From Phycisphaerales bacterium (GTDB taxonomy: Bacteria > Planctomycetota > Phycisphaerae > Phycisphaerales > UBA1924), in the NCBI GenBank assembly GCA_965227775.1, contig OZ245777.1, positions 2,752,001 through 2,816,000 on the forward strand: 64,000 bases of DNA. The letters run 5' to 3'. Each line of letters begins with the position of its first letter. Within the stretch, counting starts at the first letter, position 1. This document shows, piece after piece, positions 37,335 to 47,100 of this stretch. The position numbers and the translations under genes are program-made. The notes beneath the pieces are model-generated. The model ran no database searches. It saw only the letters and a program-made list of their open reading frames with translations, and had not been told where the DNA came from.

Positions 37335-39308
37335 ATGCAACGTACCACATCGATTGTCTTCGCATCGATCGCAGTGCTCTCGCAGGCATCGATACTCATG
37401 GCCCAATCGGGTCGTGCGGACTTGGATCGTGACGGACGCGTCGATCTCTTTGACTACATGGAGTTCGAGCGGCTGTTCAACCAGAACCATCGCCGCGCTG
37501 ACTTCAACGGTGATGGCACTCTCGATCCCGCCGACTACCTGGAGTTCCAGCGTGCGTTCGAGTTTCCCGAAACGGACACCGTGACCCGCAAGCTGTACCT
37601 CGGCGTCGGCAACCACTGGGTCGACACCGTCGCCGACGGCAGCACGGCGTGGAGCGAGGCGCACGACTTCGGCCCCACCGAGATGAATTACCGGTGGTTT
37701 ACGCAGACGGTGCTCCAAATCCGGTCGGGGGCGTCGTACGCAGACGGTACGAACAAGAAGTTCGCGTGGGTTGACGCGACGTCAACGCCCACGCTGAAGA
37801 TCAAGGATGGCTCGACTGAATTGTCTGGACAAGCTGCGTATGGCCACTGGTTGACAAAAGCGAAGGCGCAAATCGACTTGAACCTAGCCGACGATCCTCT
37901 GAGCAACGGGCGCTGGTTCCAACTCGACAATGAGACGCTCCACTTCAGCGGGTACTACTGGGGTCGATTCATGCAGGCCCGCGCGCACATTCCCGAGTAC
38001 TCTTCTCAGTCTGCCATCGAGACCCACTCCACTGCGATAATCCCTTTTGGCAAGAACTTCATTAACGACCTCAGAGCCCATTCGGCGTTCGGGAATCTCG
38101 ACAAGTTCGGGTGGTACAACCTCCCAGCCGCGCGGAACAGCCAGACGGCGACTACGGACAGCCCGTGGAGAGGCGATGCCTATCTGCCGACCTTCGTGCC
38201 CCACCCGGGTGCAGGGACGTTCCCATGGTGGAGCGTCGACGAGGACCTGCGAGACTTGCTCGAGGAGTCCGACTTCATCGACGGACGGCTGTACGCGGGC
38301 GGGGGACAGGTCGAGCGGGACGGTGACGAAGACAAGTGGTGGGAAGGCCAGATCGAGCGCGGCCTCGAGATCGCCGACGACATCACACCGACCGGGTCGA
38401 CCACTGCGGGCATTGACTACATGGCGCGCGTGTGGCTCCAAGACAACAAGACCGAAAACGCGCTGAAGACCGCCTCGTACCTCGAGACGTTCTTCACCGA
38501 AGCGACGCTCGGAGGGGTCGTCAACGCCTCTGTTGACCTAGGGCGCCACCAGTTTGAGTGTGGTTGCCAGATCGATGCGACCACGCCTGGCCAGATGTGG
38601 AACGACCTTGTCGTGCAGGCGGCGAAGGATGCCGCGTACCTGCCAAATAGTGCATCAAAGGCACCCGCGCACGTGTCGATCGTGAGCGTGACGCCGTCAT
38701 CGGCCACACAGGGGCAAACAAACCTGGAACTGACGTTCCGCGGAACGGAATTTAGCAGCCCTACGGTTGCGTTGGCCGGGGGCGGCACCGGGTGGACCAT
38801 CGGGGCCGCGACCGACGTCACCAGCACGAGTTTCAAGGTCGTGGTCTCGGTACCTCAGATCGCCTCTACCGGAACCTACGACTGGGTTGTAACCGATGGC
38901 GGCGACTCCTGGACGCTCCATGATTGGTTCGAGGTGCACCAGAACAGCACCGATGCCCCCGCGCCCTCGGGATTCATCGGCTCCGATGGAACTGAGCGCT
39001 CGGACTGCATGGGCAACCACAAGATCGAGACCAGCGGCGTTATGTCGACCTACTTGGTTACGCTGGGCGGGCGCCACTTCGACGAGTTATGCACGCTCGA
39101 TTACAACGCAGCGTTGCTGCCATCGGGCGTCACCATTGGCAACGACACATGGATCGACAGCGGCCGTTTCCAATTCAACGTCACCGTCACGGCGGCTGCC
39201 ACGGCGACCAAGGGCAGTCCGGTCAAGATCCCGTTGACGATCGAGAATCCCGATATGCAATCGTCCCAAATGTGGACGCTGGTCATCCAGAACGAGGTCC
39301 CTGATTAA
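37335..39308 (+). CDS. Secreted protein: N-terminal dockerin-like EF-hand pair, putative glycoside-hydrolase-like domain, C-terminal Ig-like domains
   Basis: GGAGG SD after an AT-rich region; ADLDRDGRVDLFDY...ADFNGDGTLDPADY; FQLDNE and FGWYNLP; IVSVTPSSATQG. Confidence 0.7.
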   Translation: MQRTTSIVFASIAVLSQASILMAQSGRADLDRDGRVDLFDYMEFERLFNQNHRRADFNGDGTLDPADYLEFQRAFEFPETDTVTRKLYLGVGNHWVDTVADGSTAWSEAHDFGPTEMNYRWFTQTVLQIRSGASYADGTNKKFAWVDATSTPTLKIKDGSTELSGQAAYGHWLTKAKAQIDLNLADDPLSNGRWFQLDNETLHFSGYYWGRFMQARAHIPEYSSQSAIETHSTAIIPFGKNFINDLRAHSAFGNLDKFGWYNLPAARNSQTATTDSPWRGDAYLPTFVPHPGAGTFPWWSVDEDLRDLLEESDFIDGRLYAGGGQVERDGDEDKWWEGQIERGLEIADDITPTGSTTAGIDYMARVWLQDNKTENALKTASYLETFFTEATLGGVVNASVDLGRHQFECGCQIDATTPGQMWNDLVVQAAKDAAYLPNSASKAPAHVSIVSVTPSSATQGQTNLELTFRGTEFSSPTVALAGGGTGWTIGAATDVTSTSFKVVVSVPQIASTGTYDWVVTDGGDSWTLHDWFEVHQNSTDAPAPSGFIGSDGTERSDCMGNHKIETSGVMSTYLVTLGGRHFDELCTLDYNAALLPSGVTIGNDTWIDSGRFQFNVTVTAAATATKGSPVKIPLTIENPDMQSSQMWTLVIQNEVPD

Positions 39309-39430
39309 CTCAGCCGCGTCGGAACCGCAATGAGAGGGGCGCCATCGGACCAGCGACGTGGTGGTCCACGCCTGCTCCGGCACTTCGGAGCAATAAACCG
39401 GGGCCATCGTGTGACGATGCCCCCAGCACA

Positions 39431-39498
39431 CGACCCCCAGCAACGTACCCCCGCTCCGGCGGGGGTGCTCGCTGCGCCCGGTGCGTTGCACGGGTACG
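39431..39498. repeat. 68-bp hairpin repeat R1, copy 2
   Basis: Direct repeat of 36926..36993. Confidence 0.9.
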
Positions 39499-39510
39499 TG
39501 GGCGCGGATC

Positions 39511-39645
39511 TCGATGGAGTTCGTTCAATGCCTGATGCTTGAGGATTAACGCTTGGTCCTCGAACGCCAACGCTTCCTGGGGTCGCCAGGGCGGCTTCTT
39601 CAGTGGGACGTAAGGGGGACGGCCGCGGGTGCGGGATCCTGGGAC
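39511..39645. repeat. Element R2 copy A: three 21-bp units + ~70-bp conserved flank
   Basis: Aligns to 43748..43880: 46/63 over the units, then ttcctggggKcgccagggcgg 20/21 and further similarity to ctgggac. Confidence 0.85.
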
Positions 39646-39670
39646 GGCGACGCCAGCAGGACATGGAACG

Positions 39671-39697
39671 AAATGGGGGACCGATGATTGGCCCCCC
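39671..39697 (-). terminator. Possible intrinsic terminator of the dockerin gene
   Basis: Imperfect GC stem followed by a weak T run on the minus strand, ~40 nt after the stop. Confidence 0.35.
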
Positions 39698-39737
39698 TCC
39701 CAGTCAGTCTTTCACTCCGACAACACCAAGTTGGCGC

Positions 39738-40904
39738 TTAGCACCCCGCATCGAACTCGTTCTGGAACGCGAGGAAGTCGAACAGCGTCAACTCGCCATC
39801 GCCATCGAAGTCGGCGCCGAGATCACCGGCATCGAAGAGGTTCTGGAACCCGAGGAAGTCGAAGATGGTCAGCTCTCCGTCACCGTCGATATCGGCCCGG
39901 CAGGGTGCGGTGCCCTGGGGCTCGAGCACCCACAGGAAGTTCTGCGTGAATACGTCGCCCTGGTTGGTCAGGAACAGCGTGCCGCGGTCGCGGTCGAAGC
40001 CCAGGCTCTCGAGCTGGAGCACGAGGCCGTCGACATCCAGGCGCGGCGCCCCCATGTCGTCGGTGAGCGACTCGAACGCGAGGAGGTTGCCGTCAAGGTC
40101 GAGCCCCTGCAGTCCCGGTCCCTCGTCGTCCAGGGCCACGATGATGGCGTCCTGCCCGAACGGGTTGGAGGCGTCGCCGTCCTGCAGGTGCACGATGCCC
40201 TTGGGCGAACCGGAGGTCGAGGGATCGAGGGTCACGGCCACCGGGAACGAGCCCTGGAACGCGCCATCCGTGCCGAAGATGACCACGTTGTGGTCGGGGC
40301 CGTCTTCTTCCTCGACGGTGTAGAACGCGTCGCGAGAAGGGATGTACGCGATGTCCTCGAGGTTCGTGTTCTCGGGCGAGGTGGGCAGGCCGCAGTCAAA
40401 GCCCGAGCACCCCGGCGTGAGCGGATCGATCGCGCCCGAGCCCAGGTCGAAGCCGATCAGGAACAGCTCCCCGCTGGCAGCCACGATGTTCCCATCGGCG
40501 CCCGGGCCGGTGTCGCCGGTGTTGATGGTCAGCCCGGCGATGCTCAGGTCGAACTGCGAGGCCGCGTCGACGAAGCTCACGACACGGTTGAACTCGATCC
40601 CCACGATCTCGCCGGCACCATCGCGCACGAGATCGACCTCGACGATCGCGTTGTCAGGGCCGCTCTGGTCGCCCAGCGCGTCGGTCGAGAGCAGCAGGCT
40701 GTCGGTGTCGGGCAGGTAGTACGTGCCCTCGACCTCGACCAGCGTCAGATCGAAAGCCGGGAAGAGCGGGTTCTCGAAGGTGATCTGGCTGTAATCGAAG
40801 CGCGTCACGTCGTAGGTCACGCCGAACAGCTCGATCGTGTCCTGGGCGAGTGCCGTTCCGGCGGCGCAGGCCAGGGCGGCAACGGTGCAGGTGGTCCTGG
40901 TCAT
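39738..40904 (-). CDS. Secreted acidic beta-propeller-like protein with C-terminal GC-type dockerin
   Basis: GAGGAG SD; ALA|Q; NLEDIAY and LESLGFD blades; CRADIDGDGELTIFDF...DAGC. Confidence 0.87.
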   Translation of the reverse strand: MTRTTCTVAALACAAGTALAQDTIELFGVTYDVTRFDYSQITFENPLFPAFDLTLVEVEGTYYLPDTDSLLLSTDALGDQSGPDNAIVEVDLVRDGAGEIVGIEFNRVVSFVDAASQFDLSIAGLTINTGDTGPGADGNIVAASGELFLIGFDLGSGAIDPLTPGCSGFDCGLPTSPENTNLEDIAYIPSRDAFYTVEEEDGPDHNVVIFGTDGAFQGSFPVAVTLDPSTSGSPKGIVHLQDGDASNPFGQDAIIVALDDEGPGLQGLDLDGNLLAFESLTDDMGAPRLDVDGLVLQLESLGFDRDRGTLFLTNQGDVFTQNFLWVLEPQGTAPCRADIDGDGELTIFDFLGFQNLFDAGDLGADFDGDGELTLFDFLAFQNEFDAGC

Positions 40905-41001
40905 CTCGGTCTCCTCTGCTCTCTCGTGTGAACGGTCGCCGTCGCGGTGGCCAACATCGCCCCGCCCGGGCGGCCAAGCTGGTTCTGATTCCCTGTGCCG
41001 C

Positions 41002-41970
41002 TCAGAAGTTCAGGCCCGGCCGCGTGAGCCAGCCGCCGTAGACCTTGTCTTCCAGTTCGGGGTACTCGTGGGTGAGCCAGCCCTGGATCTGGGCCGGCGT
41101 GGCTTCGAACGTGCCGGTGCGCGTCCAGTCGGCGAACACGGCGACGTGGCCATCGGCGAACACGATCTGGCCGTACAGCTTGTCGTGGCTGTATTCGGCG
41201 CGCTGGATGGTGCTGCTCTTGCCGTGGTTGGGCCCCCAGTCGGTGTAGTCCTGGCGGCCCCACACGGCGCCGCCGGGGCCGGTTGCGCGCAGCGGCCCAT
41301 CGGTGAGCTCCTTCGCGGCGGGCAGCTCCTCGCCCTCGACGATGACCGAGTCGTCGCGGTCCTGGACGGTGCCGTTGCCGAGCAGGGGCAGGCGGCTCGT
41401 GGATGTGTTGGCGGTGATCCACTGCTCGCGCAGCGGCCCCTTCGTAGAGGCCCGCTCGTTGGGCCGGCCCGAGCTCGCGTCGAGCATGTCGGTGTGGGCC
41501 GTGTACCACGCCAGGGCGTAGTTGGTGTTGAAGCCGCGCTTGACCAGATCGTCGATGTCTTCCTGGGTGAAGTTCTTCCACGCGGTCGGCCCGTTGATGC
41601 GCGAGAGGCCGAGGTTCTGGCAGTGCTGCCCGGGGCTGGCCGGGTTGAGCAGCTCGCCCGGGTTGCCGTACCCGCCGAGGCGGAAGTCGGCCACCCAGCC
41701 CTTCTCGTCCATCGGGCCCTGGCTGCGCTCGCTCCGGTTGTCCCACGTGCCGGTGCTGTACTGCCCGGCTTTGTCGTTGCCGTGGGTCATGAACATGATG
41801 CCGAACTGCCGGAGGTTCGAGGCGTCCTTGGCCTGCCGCGCCGAGTCTCTGGCAGCGCCCAGCGAGGGGATCAGGATGCCGATGAGCAGCGCGATGATGG
41901 CGATCACCACGAGCAACTCGATGAGCGTGAAGGCGCGCCGGGGCGCCACGGCGTGGGGCCGATCGGTCAT
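41002..41970 (-). CDS. Prepilin-type (DUF1559-like) protein
   Basis: [35 protein letters not shown]-terminal H...QIVFADGHV. Confidence 0.93.
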   Translation of the reverse strand: MTDRPHAVAPRRAFTLIELLVVIAIIALLIGILIPSLGAARDSARQAKDASNLRQFGIMFMTHGNDKAGQYSTGTWDNRSERSQGPMDEKGWVADFRLGGYGNPGELLNPASPGQHCQNLGLSRINGPTAWKNFTQEDIDDLVKRGFNTNYALAWYTAHTDMLDASSGRPNERASTKGPLREQWITANTSTSRLPLLGNGTVQDRDDSVIVEGEELPAAKELTDGPLRATGPGGAVWGRQDYTDWGPNHGKSSTIQRAEYSHDKLYGQIVFADGHVAVFADWTRTGTFEATPAQIQGWLTHEYPELEDKVYGGWLTRPGLNF

Positions 41971-43238
41971 GGTCCGGTGTCCTCGCTGCGTTGGCGGGCG
42001 TCGACGCCCACCGATGCGGTCCGAGCCTCGTCGTGTGCCGACCACTCGAGCGCGGCCAGCACCGAGGCGAGTGGAACGAGCTTGAAGTTCTGCGTGCTCC
42101 CGGGGTTCTCGTCGTCCTGGACGACCAGCAGGCCGCCGGGCAGTCCGGGGCCGAAGCCGCCGGCGTGGACGGCCAGCCCGTCGGTGTGGGTCACGGCGTC
42201 GATGCTCTGCGAGTCGCCGCCCGCGCCAACACGAAACGAGCCGACGAAGCGGTTCGGGTAGGCGCGCTCGAACGCGTCGAAGCGATCGGCCGACTGGCTG
42301 GAGACCAGCAGCAGGCCATCGGTCGCGCCAAACCGCGCGATGTCCACGCCCTCGACGTCGGCGGTCAGAAGGCCGTGCGGCTCGACGAGCTCGACCGGCT
42401 CGCGCTCGTGGTCGCTCTCCTCGAGCGAGAACGGATGGTCTTCATCGATCGTCCACGGCTCGGCGTGGTACCGCCACAGCCCGGTGCGCTCCTCGCCCAC
42501 GTAGAGCCAGCCCAGGTCGTCGTCGGCGGCCATGCCCTCGGGCTGGCCACCGATCTGGAACGAACGCACGAGCGCCGCCCCGATCGTGGGCCGCAGCGGC
42601 GAGCCCTCGGCGAAGAGGCGCCACTGCTCGACGCGGCCGGCCTTGTCGTTGATGAACACGTGCGCGTGCCCGGTCGACGCGCTGTGGTGCAGGCAGAGGC
42701 CGTACGCCTCGCGCAGCTCGGTCCGGAAGAGCCGAGCGCCGACTTCCACCAGTGCGCCAGACGCCGTGAGCTCGAACAGGCGGAACGTATCGTCCTGCCG
42801 GTCGCTGCTGGCGACGATCGTCATGGCGCGGAAGCCCGGCGACAGTACGACGTCGGCACGCAGGTCGACGTTGTTCTGCGGCCCGATCTCGTAGAACTCG
42901 AGCAACGAGCCGTCGAGGCGGTAGACGCCCAGGCCCGCCTTCTTGTCCGTGCCGATGATCAGGCCGGCGCTCGGGTCGGTCGGGTGCGCCCAAATCGCGG
43001 CATCATCGGCCGCGTCGTCGTTCGTGGGCACCGGCGTCGTCTCGGCGACGGGCGCGACGAGCGGTACGGGATCCGTGCCAACGCTCGAGTGATCAACGGT
43101 CGCGATCGCGAGCACGCACCCCATCGACAGCCAGCACAGTCCAACCAATGCACGGTCCTCCCCGGGGGGCCCTGGCCTTGCCACGGGCGCGGGCCCGCGG
43201 CATGCCGCATGGTTGAGCGACCGACCGCGTGGGCCCAC
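41967..43238 (-). CDS. Beta-propeller phytase (3-phytase)
   Basis: [59 protein letters not shown]. True start probably downstream of 43238. Confidence 0.92.
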   Translation of the reverse strand: MGPRGRSLNHAACRGPAPVARPGPPGEDRALVGLCWLSMGCVLAIATVDHSSVGTDPVPLVAPVAETTPVPTNDDAADDAAIWAHPTDPSAGLIIGTDKKAGLGVYRLDGSLLEFYEIGPQNNVDLRADVVLSPGFRAMTIVASSDRQDDTFRLFELTASGALVEVGARLFRTELREAYGLCLHHSASTGHAHVFINDKAGRVEQWRLFAEGSPLRPTIGAALVRSFQIGGQPEGMAADDDLGWLYVGEERTGLWRYHAEPWTIDEDHPFSLEESDHEREPVELVEPHGLLTADVEGVDIARFGATDGLLLVSSQSADRFDAFERAYPNRFVGSFRVGAGGDSQSIDAVTHTDGLAVHAGGFGPGLPGGLLVVQDDENPGSTQNFKLVPLASVLAALEWSAHDEARTASVGVDARQRSEDTGP

Positions 43239-43432
43239 GGCCGGTCCGATCCTTCACCGAAGCTTCGCGCTGCTTGAACACAATGGGCGCTCGCGAACGC
43301 GAGTCCGCGTGCCGTGCATGGACCGCGTCGAGCGGGCGTTCGCCAGCAGCGTCGCGCCATCGCCCGCGTTGGGTAGGTTCTCGGAAGTGGCTCGTGGGGT
43401 CGGGCCGGTTGGCGGCGGGGCTCGATCGGCTC

Positions 43433-43810
43433 TTGATGGCCCTCCGTCAGTTCCTGATGGAGCTCCATGAGTCGTTGACGGACGGCGATCGGCTCCTGAT
43501 GGGCCTCGATGAACGACTGATGGACGGCGATCAGCTCCTGATCGCCCTCCATCAACGACCGATCGTCTTCCATCAGCTCTTGATCGGCCTCCATGAACTC
43601 CTGATCGGCCTCCGTCAACGACTGATCGGCCTCCATGAACTCTTGATCGGCCTCCATCAACGACTGATCGGCCTCCATGAGCTCCTGATCGGCCTCCGTC
43701 AACGACTGATCGGCCTCCATGAGCTCCTGATGCTCGACGATCAGCTCTTGATGGAGCTCCATGAACGACTGATGCTCGACGATCAACGACTGATCGTCGA
43801 GCATCAACGC
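43433..43810. repeat. Tandem array of 18 x 21-bp units (consensus ~ctgatcggcctccat(c/g)a(acga/gctc)); with flank to 43880 forms R2 copy B
   Basis: Parsed unit by unit: 378 bp = 18 x 21, no indels; alternating ...ctc/...cga endings give a 42-bp higher-order period in the centre. Confidence 0.95.
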
Positions 43811-43896
43811 TTCCTGGGGGCGCCAGGGCGGTTTTTCTATGGGACGAGGGGGATGGCCCGGGGGTGCGGGGTTCTGGGACTCGCTGCACGGCCGAC

Positions 43897-44002
43897 TGCG
43901 TCGGGGTCACTCGCGTCCCCGCTGCCAGCGGGAGAGCTGCCGAGGTCTGCCGACGCCGAGCGGGTCTTTGCCCTACGACTCGCGTTTCCGAGCGATCGGC
44001 AC
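43897..44002 (+). repeat. Imperfect inverted repeat R3, left copy
   Basis: tgcgtcgggg-tcactcg...ctgccagc..gagagctg...ttgc...cgac...gagcg matches the reverse complement of 48741..48858 (about two-thirds identity by eye, one 11-nt indel). Confidence 0.65.
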
Positions 44003-44176
44003 TACTCCTGGGCATTTGGAAACAGTCGGACACCCTAAAAACGGCCACCCCCGCTCTGCCGCGCCCATGGGCGTAGCGCAGCCCGGTGGATGCGCAGCAC
44101 CTCGGTCGGAGCGGCGCAGGCGTGTCAGAGTGTGTTGCAACGATGCTCGACTCGGTGTTGTACGCGGGTTTGGAGA

Positions 44177-47100
44177 TCATTCATCTTTCTTGAGCAGACC
44201 ATGTCGCATCAGACACTCGATTGCAGAATGCACGACCGGGTCATCTTCGGGTCGTGTGCCCGCCTTCTTGTGCAGACGAAAAAGGTTGCTTAGTCGCGAT
44301 CCAAGCTTCTCGCCAAACACGGACGGCAGCGCATCGGTGAGCCCAACCGAGAGCGTGACAGACTCCTGCGCGGCCGCTAGGGCGTCCTCGTTACGCCCCA
44401 GATCGCGCAGCCTGCCGCCGAGGTTGTTCACGCTCGACGCCAGATCCGGCAGGAAGGCGTCCGGACGAGCCGCCGCCAAGGTGCGGTAGTGGTCGACGGC
44501 CTCCCGCGTGGCCGCCAGGGCGTCCTCGCGATGTCCCAGTGCGCTTAGCCTGTTGCCGAGGTTGTTCACGCTCGACGCCAGATCCGGCAAGAACGCATCC
44601 GGACGAGCTGCCGCCAAGGCGCGGAAGTGGTCGACGGCCTCCCGCGTGGCCGTCAGGGCATCCTCGCGATGTCCCAGTGCGCTTAGCCTGGTGCCGAGGT
44701 TGTTCAGGCTCATCGCCAGATCCGGCAAGAACGCATCCGGGCGAGTCGCCGCCAAGGTACGGTAGTGGTCGACGGAATCTCGCGCTGCAGCCAGGGCGTC
44801 CTCGCGATGCCCTAGATCGCTCAGGATTGAGCCGAGGTTGTTCAGGCTCATCGCCAGATCCGGCAAAAACGCATCCGGGCGAGTCGCCGCCAGGGTGCGG
44901 TAGTGGTCGACCGACTCCCGCGTGGCCGCCAGGGCGTCCTCGCGACGCCCCAGATCGCTCAGCCTGTTGCCGAGGTTGTTCAGGCTCATCGCCAGATCCG
45001 GCATAAAGGCGTCCGGGCGAGTCGCCGCCAGGGTGCGGTAGTGGTCGACAGCCTCCTGCGTGGCCGCCAGGCCGTCCTCGCGATGCCCCAGATCGCTCAG
45101 CATCGCGCCGAGGTTGTTCAGGCTCGCCGCCAGATCCGGCAAGAAGGCGTCCGGACGAGCCGCAGCCAAATTACGTCCGACATCGACGGCCTCTCGCGTG
45201 GCCGCCAGGGCGTCCTCGCGATGCCCCAGATAGCTCAGCCTGGCGCCGAGGTTGTTCAGGCTCAACGCCAGAACCGGCAGGAAGGCGTCCGGGCGAGTCG
45301 CCGCCAGGGTGCGGTAGTGGTCGACGGAATCCCGCGCTGCAGCCAAGGCGTCCTCCCGATGCCCCAGATCGCTCAGCCTGTTGCCGAGGTTGTTCAGGCT
45401 CGCCGCCAGATAGGGCAAGAACACGTCCGGACGAGCCGCCGTCAAGGTCTGGTAGTGGTCGACCGACTCCCGCGAGGCCGCCAGGGCGTCCTCCCGATGC
45501 CCCAGAGCGCCCAGCGAATTGCCCAGGTTGTTCAGGCTCATCGCCAGATCCGGCAGGAAGGCGTCCGGGCGAGTCGCCGCCAGGGTGCGGTAATGGTCGA
45601 CGGACTCCCGCGTGGCCGCCAGGGCGTCCTCGCGACGCCCCAGATCACTCAACCTGTTGCCGAGGTCGTTCAGCAGGGCTGCGCGGCCTTGATCATCGAG
45701 ATCACTATCCAATAGGCGTTGCAGCGCCCAGACGGCGTAACGGCGCAAGGCGACCGTTTGCTCGGGAATGAGGTCATTCGTCGCGACCGCAACCGGCAAC
45801 GTCCATGCCTCATCGATCGCCTCCAGCCGATCGGTCAGCAGATTGGCCAGCGTGCTGAACGCCGTCTCACGACCGAGCGTGAGCACGGCCTCGATCAGCG
45901 GTTGCGCGCACCGCTGAACGTTGGTGTCGAGCAGTCGCTCGGCCCAAGCCGCAGCCCGGTCGTGCCCACGCCACGCGAGGCGGCCAAGCACCACGAACGC
46001 GTTCGACAGCTCCTGCTCCGTCGCGTCGATCGCGGCATCGGGCAGGAAGGAAACCGGGCTGTGCGGGCTCGCCAGCACCGAAGCCACGAGCGACTCGCCG
46101 AGCAGGTCGGGCTCGAGGGACCCGATGTACGGCGGATTCGGCGCGGAGCGGTCTCCAGGATACAAGCCGTGCAGGACCCGCAGGAAGGCGCTGCCTGGCG
46201 CCCCCACGCGTTCGGCGAGGGCTTCGGCCCGCTCGCGGTCGTCGACCCCGCCACGCAGCGTGATCGCTGCCACGAGCCTGGCTGCTCCGTCGGCGAACTC
46301 CTGCATCTCTACGTCGCTGCCGGCTTCGGGCCCGGCCCGGTGCATCCACACTCGCCGCTCGTGCACCACGATCTCGTCCAGCAGCGACACAGGCTCGATG
46401 GCGAGCCCTTCGACCGCAGCAAGTGCCGCAGCGGACACGTAGAGCGGGCGGCCGAAGTTCTCATGGCCCAGGTCGGGGGTGGTCGCTGGCGTGGGCTTGC
46501 CCTGCCGCTGCGCGAAGGCGCTGACGGCCTTGGCGAACAGGTCGCCGCGGGCGTCGCCCTCGAGGCTCATCGGCGGCAGGTGCAGCCGGGGGCAGGGCCC
46601 CATCGCCTTGTCGACCGCCTGGAGCCACTCGCCCTCGTTGCGCGCCAGCAGTGCGATCCGCAGGGGTTGAGCGCCTCGTTGCTCGAGCCGCCGGTCGATG
46701 TGGTCGAGCAGCATCGGGAGCGTCGTGCGAACCTCAGCATAATCGACCACGATGCAGGCCGGCCGCGGATCGTCGAGCACCCCATCGATGTCGCCGACCG
46801 GTGCGTTGTCGCGCAGGAAGCCCGCGTTCCAGCCTTGGTCGCGGAGCTGCTGGCCCCACTCAACCATGAGCCGCGTCTTTCCGGCACCGCCCTGGCCGAG
46901 CACGACGCGGACGATGTCGCCGTTGCCTTCCGTGCTGCGCCAGGATTCCAGGTGTGCGATCGCCTGTTCGTGCACTTCGGGCACAAACTCGACCACGCGG
47001 TGGCGAGCCACCAGCAGGGAAGCCGGCGAGAAGGCTTCGGGGAGAGGGCTCGTGCCCTCGCGGAGGATCCGCTCTCGGCCGCGCGGTTCGAGGTTCTCGC

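Noticed and set aside
36908..39498. Integron attC sites / gene cassette
   Set aside because: No matching RYYYAAC...GTTRRRY ends and no integrase; kept only as a generic hairpin repeat.
43252..43278. Pho-box-like repeats (cttcac/cttcgc/cttgaa) upstream of phytase
   Set aside because: Too degenerate, uneven spacing (11 and 10 nt) and on the opposite strand.
43433..43810. CRISPR array
   Set aside because: Contiguous 21-bp units without unique spacers; no cas genes.
42959..44180. Array-spanning ORFs called as definite CDSs
   Set aside because: Open frames are expected from a stop-poor 21-bp repeat, and sequence outside the array looks non-coding; left as a hypothesis.
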